From the IMG/VR virus record IMGVR_UViG_3300045988_026689: DNA of 5,811 nucleotides; one strand, given 5' to 3'. Under the pieces are notes generated by a model that was given only the letters and a program-made list of their open reading frames with translations, did not search any database and was not told the origin of the DNA. Source of the DNA: a virus. How positions within the stretch are numbered: the stretch's first letter is position 1; every line of letters begins with the position of its first letter. This document shows positions 1 through 3,555 of this stretch, in pieces. A program made the translations under genes and the position numbers.

Positions 1-119
1 AAGCCATCTTACGTAACCGGAGAAATGAGGTCGAACTACGCGACAAGTCTGGACGCATGGCACTATGCAGACGATTATAACACGCTGCCGAGACTGTCAG
101 CGGAATGGATACAAGAGGG
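1..119. repeat. Terminal direct repeat, left copy. It is identical to 5693-5811 and marks a circular genome with a 5,692-nt unit.
   Basis: Base-by-base comparison: aagccatcttacgtaaccggagaaatgagg...ggatacaagaggg occurs at 1-119 and again at 5693-5811 with a constant offset of 5692. The repeat lies inside the capsid reading frame and preserves it. Confidence 0.95.
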
Positions 120-252
120 ACAGCAGAACATTGACAGGACGATTGCAGTAACAAGCAACGTGTCACACCAGTTCTTGTGTGACTTCTTTTTCGCAGAAGA
201 CTGGTTCAGAGAAATGCCTATTTACAGTATTCCCGGCATCGAAAGAATCTAA
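1..252 (+). CDS. VP1: Microviridae major capsid protein VP1, C-terminal 83 codons plus stop (continuation of 4256-5811 across the junction).
   Basis: Frame 1 is open from position 1 (KPSYVTGEMRSNYATSLDAWHYADDYNTLPRLSAEWIQEG...SIPGIERI, TAA at 250-252). The first 119 nt are identical to the end of the 4256+ ORF and in the same frame. Confidence 0.93.
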   Translation, partial: KPSYVTGEMRSNYATSLDAWHYADDYNTLPRLSAEWIQEGQQNIDRTIAVTSNVSHQFLCDFFFAEDWFREMPIYSIPGIERI

Positions 253-262
253 GAAAGGAGGA

Positions 263-288
263 AGCCTCGCAAAAGCGAGGCTATTTTT
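263..288 (+). terminator. Intrinsic (rho-independent) terminator-like hairpin immediately after VP1.
   Basis: agcctcgc (263-270) / aaaa loop / gcgaggct (275-282) form a perfect 8-bp GC-rich stem, followed by aTTTTTg (283-289). It lies 11 nt after the VP1 stop. Confidence 0.7.
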
Positions 289-290
289 GA

Positions 291-1151
291 ATGGAAACAT
301 TATTGAAACTTTTTCCGTACCTCTTGCAAGGACTAAGCATGTTAACAGACATCGCAACAAGCAGCAACCAGAGCAGCGCTAAGAACACCGAGGCAGCGGG
401 CAGCGAGACCACAACCGGCAGCGAGACCACAACCGGCAGCTTAACAGCACCGCAACAGATAGGTGCAGCACAAATCAGCACGCCAACAGGTATCACAACA
501 ATCGGGAATGAAAGCAGCGTAAACAACGCAAACGCACTGCAAATGATGAGCGGACTATTGAGCAACCTCGCGAACGCTGGAAGCCAAGCAAGCGCAAAAA
601 AGTACAACAGCGCAGAAGCGGCAGCAGAACGAGCGTTCCAGAAGGAAATGCGGGGGACGGCCTATCAGGATACAGTAAAGGACATGATCGCGGCGGGCAT
701 CAATCCTATTCTGGCAGCGACCAACGGAGCAACAAGCGCACCATCGGGAGCATCTGCAAGCATTGGCAGCCAACATTACAACCAGCAGAGTGCACAGGCT
801 GCAAGCGTATCAGCGATGTACGAATACGGCAACAACACGGCAGAACTGGCAGAAAAATATTTACAGCTATCAAAACAAAGCTCAAGCGCAAAACAGTACA
901 AAGCAGCCAAAAGCTGGGAACAATCAGCAAGCGAGCTGGCAAGCTCAAGCGCAAAACAAGTACAAAAGTACAGCTATGCAGCTAACAAGTTAGGCACAAG
1001 CCTTGCGGGAGCCGGCAAAGCAGCAAAAGACGCAGCAAAAAAGGCCGGCGCAGCAGCAAAAAAAAACGTTGACAAGACAGCAAAGAGCTATGCAGACAAA
1101 CAGATTGAAAAATACCAATCTGGGCAATTCGACGCATACAGAGGAAACTAA
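291..1151 (+). CDS. VP2: Microviridae DNA pilot / minor capsid protein (VP2, H-protein analogue).
   Basis: 286-aa ORF directly downstream of VP1. It has an Ala/Ser/Gln/Lys-rich low-complexity composition. It contains the block AERAFQKEMRGTAYQDTVKDMIAAGINPILA, which matches the conserved NTAYQR..D.K.AGLNPxL core I recall from gokushovirus VP2 proteins. The start is uncertain: ATG 291 has no adjacent SD (see the split-SD finding) and ATG 339 is the alternative. Confidence 0.85.
   Translation: METLLKLFPYLLQGLSMLTDIATSSNQSSAKNTEAAGSETTTGSETTTGSLTAPQQIGAAQISTPTGITTIGNESSVNNANALQMMSGLLSNLANAGSQASAKKYNSAEAAAERAFQKEMRGTAYQDTVKDMIAAGINPILAATNGATSAPSGASASIGSQHYNQQSAQAASVSAMYEYGNNTAELAEKYLQLSKQSSSAKQYKAAKSWEQSASELASSSAKQVQKYSYAANKLGTSLAGAGKAAKDAAKKAGAAAKKNVDKTAKSYADKQIEKYQSGQFDAYRGN
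399..440 (+). repeat. In-frame 18-nt tandem duplication inside VP2 (ggcagcgagaccacaacc x2 plus a partial ggcagc), encoding GSETTT-GSETTT-GS.
   Basis: Units at 399-416 and 417-434 are identical; the partial third unit is at 435-440. Confidence 0.9.
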
Positions 1152-1156
1152 AAAGG

Positions 1157-1187
1157 AGAGGGGGGTGACAAAACATCCCCCTTTTTT
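1157..1187 (+). terminator. Intrinsic terminator-like hairpin immediately after VP2.
   Basis: ggggg (1161-1165) pairs with ccccc (1177-1181). The stem is extended by tg/ca, with an acaaaa loop, followed by TTTTTT (1182-1187). An upstream A/G tract can pair with the T-run. It starts 6 nt after the VP2 stop (1149-1151). Confidence 0.7.
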
Positions 1188-1226
1188 AGTAACAATAATC
1201 CAAAAAATAAAGAATGTGGAAAACTT

Positions 1227-1396
1227 GAGTTTTCAACACTTTCAACAGGTTTTCAACATAAAGTTGCACAAAGAAATCCGTCATAATGACGAACATTCAA
1301 CAATTCAACAAGTTTTCAACAAAGTTTTCAACAGGCAAAAAGGCAATAAATAAACGTAGTAACATTAAAAAAACGAGTTTTCAACGCTTTCAACAC
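1227..1396 (+). repeat. Iteron-like array of nine same-orientation copies of the TTCAAC(A) core, five of them as GTTTTCAAC(A/G), in three clusters.
   Basis: TTCAAC starts at 1232, 1241, 1252 | 1296, 1304, 1315, 1327 | 1380, 1389. Spacing within clusters is 8-12 nt. The outer 22-mers gagttttcaacactttcaacag (1227-1248) and gagttttcaacgctttcaacac (1375-1396) differ at 2 positions. Confidence 0.9.
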
Positions 1397-1412
1397 TACT
1401 ACTACTACTACT
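1395..1412 (+). repeat. (ACT)6 trinucleotide microsatellite in the intergenic region.
   Basis: actactactactactact read directly at 1395-1412, abutting the last TTCAACA copy. Confidence 0.95.
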
Positions 1413-1449
1413 ACAACAAGTTAATAATAAAAGAAAGGGAGGTGTCAAA

Positions 1450-1480
1450 CGGCACAAGATAGACAAGGAAGCTTGTGCCG
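1450..1480 (+). other. Perfect 9-bp stem / 13-nt loop hairpin just upstream of the Rep start codon.
   Basis: cggcacaag (1450-1458) and cttgtgccg (1472-1480) are exact reverse complements. The loop is atagacaaggaag. Confidence 0.8.
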
Positions 1481-1489
1481 GTAACAAAA

Positions 1490-2479
1490 ATGCCATGTAC
1501 AAAACCATTAGTATTTCAGATGGATACGAAAAAACCAAGACTGTGGGGAAGTCTGGAAAACCTATCAAAACAAGGGCTACAAACGGACATCATGGACGGA
1601 ATCAAAAAAGGAAAATTCGCACTGTTACCATGCGGTAAATGCGAGTATTGCCGCAAACAGATGGCTGACCAATGGGCAACCAGGATAGAGCTGGAGGCCA
1701 AAGAATGGGACGATGTAATTTTTCTAACGCTGACGTATGACGATGAACATATTCCATACGGCGAAATTCTCAAAGGATACCAGAGTATCCAAAGTCAAAC
1801 AGTAAGCAAGCGAGACGCGCAGCTATTCCTAAAAAGACTGCGGAAAGCGTACAAGAAACCAATAAAATATTTCCTAGCGGCTGAATATGGCGACAAGACA
1901 AAAAGACCACACTACCACGCGATAGTATTCGGACTAAAACCACCTGATGCACAATGGTATAAAAACCAAAAGGGCAACAGCTATTTTAAAAGCAAGTGGC
2001 TAGAAAAAATATGGGGCAAAGGCATGATAGACTTTTCACCAGCACAACCAGGAAGTTTTGCATACGTGGCACAGTACGTCAACAAAAAAGCCATAGGTGC
2101 AGAGGAAAGCGCGAAATACTGGATGCAGGGCAGAGAACCAGAGTTTAGGATCATGTCGAAAGGCATCGGCGAAAAATATCTAAACGAGCACAAAGATGAA
2201 ATTTTAAAAACAGATAGCATCATCTGTGCAGGAGGACGCGAGAAAAGGCCTCCACGCTATTTTGATAAAATCCTAGATAAAGATACAAGCCAAGACACTG
2301 AAAGCTATTTCAAGGCACATTCTGACGAACTAAGAGAGGTTAGAGCCAGACGCAGACGCAACGCAATACAGAGTTTGATCAATCTCGAACAGAGCACGAA
2401 CGTGGATTATGAAACCTATCTAAACATCCAGAAAGAAAAAGATAATCTAAGGCAAAAATGGCGTGAACCGAAAGTTTGA
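1490..2479 (+). CDS. VP4: Rolling-circle replication initiator (VP4 / phiX174 protein A family, HUH endonuclease).
   Basis: ORF 1475-2479. I place the start at ATG 1490 because MPCTKPL... resembles the usual MPC..P N-terminus of gokushovirus VP4. Motifs present: PCGKCEYCR (Cys cluster), FLTLTYDDEH (motif 1), RPHYHAIVFG (HUH motif 2) and FAYVAQYVNKKA (the Y-x3-Y-x2-K double-tyrosine motif 3). Confidence 0.93.
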   Translation: MPCTKPLVFQMDTKKPRLWGSLENLSKQGLQTDIMDGIKKGKFALLPCGKCEYCRKQMADQWATRIELEAKEWDDVIFLTLTYDDEHIPYGEILKGYQSIQSQTVSKRDAQLFLKRLRKAYKKPIKYFLAAEYGDKTKRPHYHAIVFGLKPPDAQWYKNQKGNSYFKSKWLEKIWGKGMIDFSPAQPGSFAYVAQYVNKKAIGAEESAKYWMQGREPEFRIMSKGIGEKYLNEHKDEILKTDSIICAGGREKRPPRYFDKILDKDTSQDTESYFKAHSDELREVRARRRRNAIQSLINLEQSTNVDYETYLNIQKEKDNLRQKWREPKV

Positions 2480-2537
2480 CGCGCACAGCGCTTATAAGGA
2501 ATGGATTAGCCGAATTCCGCTGCGCTCCATACGGCAG

Positions 2538-2554
2538 GGCGCTAAAGCGCCTTT
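2538..2554 (+). terminator. Short GC hairpin with a T-tract after VP4 (weak terminator candidate).
   Basis: ggcgc (2538-2542) / taaa / gcgcc (2547-2551), followed by only three T residues (ttt, 2552-2554). The short stem and short U-tract keep confidence low. Confidence 0.35.
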
Positions 2555-2607
2555 CAAAACAAAGGAGCAAAGGCTGGTTACAAATTTATTACAAAAACAC
2601 AAAAACA

Positions 2608-2636
2608 TTGAAAAACCTCTTGACATGCGGTAAAAT
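2608..2636 (+). promoter_or_regulatory. Sigma70-type promoter candidate for the accessory block: TTGAAA-N17-TAAAAT.
   Basis: The -35 TTGAAA is at 2608-2613, followed by an exact 17-nt spacer and the -10 TAAAAT at 2631-2636. The predicted TSS near 2643-2645 lies just upstream of the SD (aaagga/ggtga, 2649-2660) of the ORF starting at 2667. Confidence 0.45.
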
Positions 2637-2666
2637 AAAATCAGAAAGAAAGGATGGTGAAACACC

Positions 2667-2819
2667 ATGAAAGGTTACGATGATTACACAGGACTGTTCA
2701 CAAGCCGCTACTACGCAAAAAAATACGCAAAAGGAGATGAGGTAGTCGTAAAAGTTGAGGGTGGATACAAAGTAATAACCGCCGACTATTATTACAAGAT
2801 CTGGAAAACGCAAAAATGA
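2667..2819 (+). CDS. Hypothetical 50-aa Tyr/Lys-rich protein, translationally coupled to the downstream peptidase.
   Basis: ATG 2667 to TGA 2817-2819: MKGYDDYTGLFTSRYYAKKYAKGDEVVVKVEGGYKVITADYYYKIWKTQK. GGTGA lies 6 nt upstream of the start. The stop overlaps the next start as ATGA (2816-2819). The ORF is too short to appear in the supplied track. It has no hydrophobic segment and I recognise no family. Confidence 0.45.
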   Translation: MKGYDDYTGLFTSRYYAKKYAKGDEVVVKVEGGYKVITADYYYKIWKTQK

Positions 2820-3226
2820 AAGGATTGACAAAAATGATTAAAAGCTACATAATGAACACAGACGGAAACGTGAAGCTTGCGAGACACTTCTCGGTAAAGG
2901 AATTCGCTTGCAAGGACGGGTCACCAGTAGTTTTCATCGACGACTACTTATACACCATCCTGGACATCCTAAGGCATAAGATAGGGAAGCCGGTAATCAT
3001 AACGAGCGGATACAGGACGCCAGAATGGAACAAAAAATGCGGGGGAGCAAAATACAGCTACCACATGCGCGGTATGGCCGCAGATATCCGGGTGGAAGGA
3101 ATGAGCGCAAAACAGCTTGCCAACGAACTGAATGCAATCATACCGGAAGAATGCGGCATTATCGTATACAAGAGCTGGGTGCACTTTGACGTGCGCACCG
3201 GCAAAAAGTACAGAAAGGGGGTGTAA
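2816..3226 (+). CDS. Zinc D,D-/L,D-peptidase of the M15 family (Peptidase_M15_3 / DUF882-like fold); putative peptidoglycan hydrolase (endolysin-like).
   Basis: The 136-aa ORF contains FSVKEFACKDG, LRHKIGKPVIITSGYRTPEWNKKCGGAKYSYHMRGMAADI and WVHFDVR. These give the SGYR...N..GG...S.H..G.A.D ... H.D arrangement of Zn ligands (H, D, H) characteristic of M15 cell-wall peptidases. The start is ambiguous between in-frame ATGs at 2816, 2834 and 2852. Confidence 0.9.
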   Translation: MKGLTKMIKSYIMNTDGNVKLARHFSVKEFACKDGSPVVFIDDYLYTILDILRHKIGKPVIITSGYRTPEWNKKCGGAKYSYHMRGMAADIRVEGMSAKQLANELNAIIPEECGIIVYKSWVHFDVRTGKKYRKGV

Positions 3227-3228
3227 AA

Positions 3229-3345
3229 ATGGCACACAGAAGCGGAGCGGGTCGAGGCGACCAGAAACGATTCACGCAGACCGCAAAACGCGTGAAAAAC
3301 GTCAACGTCCGACCAAAAGTATCACGCGGTGGCATCCGCCTGTAA
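3229..3345 (+). CDS. Small arginine/lysine-rich DNA-binding protein (phiX174 J / Chlamydia-phage ORF8 analogue).
   Basis: ATG 3229 to TAA 3343-3345: MAHRSGAGRGDQKRFTQTAKRVKNVNVRPKVSRGGIRL (38 aa, 10 R/K residues, 1 D). SD aagggggtg lies 6-7 nt upstream. The C-terminal RGGIRL resembles the ...MRGGIRF ending I recall for gokushovirus ORF8 proteins. It is not in the supplied track because it is under 60 aa. Confidence 0.7.
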   Translation: MAHRSGAGRGDQKRFTQTAKRVKNVNVRPKVSRGGIRL

Positions 3346-3348
3346 AAA

Positions 3349-3430
3349 GGCTGCATGCTGAAGGCTGCATGCTGAAGGCTGCATGCTGAAGGCTGCATGC
3401 TGAAGGCTGCATGCTGAAGGCTGCATGCAG
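3349..3430 (+). repeat. Perfect 14-nt tandem repeat (ggctgcatgctgaa) x5 plus a partial sixth copy that ends in the 10-bp palindrome ctgcatgcag.
   Basis: Units at 3349-3362, 3363-3376, 3377-3390, 3391-3404 and 3405-3418 are identical. The sixth copy, ggctgcatgcag (3419-3430), diverges at unit position 11. Each unit contains the palindrome GCATGC. The unit length is not a multiple of 3. Confidence 0.97.
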
Positions 3431-3450
3431 CAAAGAAAGGAGGTGAAGCA

Positions 3451-3555
3451 GTGGACTTTAAGGAAACCATGAACATCCTGATGAAAATCCTTGCAATGGT
3501 GGACAAGATTTACCATGCAGTGGTCAAAGAAGATGATGACAAGAACGAAGAATAA
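3451..3555 (+). CDS. Hypothetical 34-aa protein (GTG start) with an amphipathic N-half and an acidic tail.
   Basis: AAAGGAGGTG (3436-3445) lies 5 nt upstream of GTG 3451; the stop is TAA 3553-3555. Sequence: MDFKETMNILMKILAMVDKIYHAVVKEDDDKNEE. An alternative in-frame ATG at 3469 has no SD. I recognise no family, and the ORF is too short for the supplied track. Confidence 0.4.
   Translation: MDFKETMNILMKILAMVDKIYHAVVKEDDDKNEE

Noticed and set aside
1-119. Terminal repeats interpreted as biological LTR/ITR or transposon ends.
   Set aside because: They are direct repeats rather than inverted repeats. They lie inside a single continuous capsid ORF and extend exactly to the window edges. This is the signature of a linearised circular assembly, not of a mobile-element terminus.
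1058-1066. A9 homopolymer inside VP2 that could shift reading into the 1003-1353 frame by slippage.
   Set aside because: There is no stimulatory structure and no evidence for a functional extended product. The Lys/Ala-rich context (AAAKKN) explains the run. It is flagged only as a likely sequencing-error hotspot.
281-1176. Minus-strand ORFs antisense to VP2 (281-607, 555-776, 706-954, 982-1176) and the +-strand alternative-frame ORF 763-993.
   Set aside because: They lie entirely within the recognisable VP2 frame. They have Cys/Leu/Arg-rich low-complexity translations typical of the reverse or shifted frame of an A/G/C-rich gene. They have no SD sites, and microvirus genes are all on one strand.
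1003-1353. 116-aa +-strand ORF (TTG start; an internal GTG at 1165 is preceded by AGGAGAGG) that runs out of VP2, through its terminator and across the TTCAACA array.
   Set aside because: It overlaps the VP2 3' end in another frame. Its possible GTG start is buried in the terminator stem. The QQVFN repeats are a by-product of DNA repeats that also occur in other frames and beyond its stop. Codon usage is T-rich, unlike the real genes. I cannot fully exclude a ~63-aa product from 1165; conservation of the frame in relatives would revive it.
1365-2570. Minus-strand ORFs antisense to the intergenic region and Rep (1365-1568, 1516-1773, 1770-1952, 1981-2223, 2379-2570).
   Set aside because: They are antisense to a motif-verified Rep gene and have no RBS. 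The poly-Ser stretch in 1365-1568 is merely the reverse complement of the (ACT)6 repeat.
2620-2625. Consensus TTGACA as a -35 element.
   Set aside because: No acceptable -10 lies 16-19 nt downstream (agaaag at 2643-2648). The TAAAAT boxes are only 5-10 nt away. The TTGAAA at 2608 with an exact 17-nt spacing fits better.
2476-2670. 64-aa +-strand ORF starting with TTG and overlapping the Rep stop.
   Set aside because: It has a non-ATG start and no SD. It spans the hairpin cluster and the predicted promoter, and ends 3 nt into the next gene. It is more parsimoniously a non-coding leader.
2589-2831. 80-aa minus-strand hydrophobic ORF opposite the promoter and the small ORF. It was considered because a holin is missing from the genome.
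   Set aside because: It is on the wrong strand for a microvirus. It is antisense to the A-rich leader, so its Phe/Val richness comes from reading T-rich sequence. It has no SD or promoter in the required orientation.
3349-3430. A CRISPR array as the explanation for the 14-nt repeats.
   Set aside because: The units are directly contiguous with no spacers and are far shorter than CRISPR repeats. It is a simple tandem repeat.
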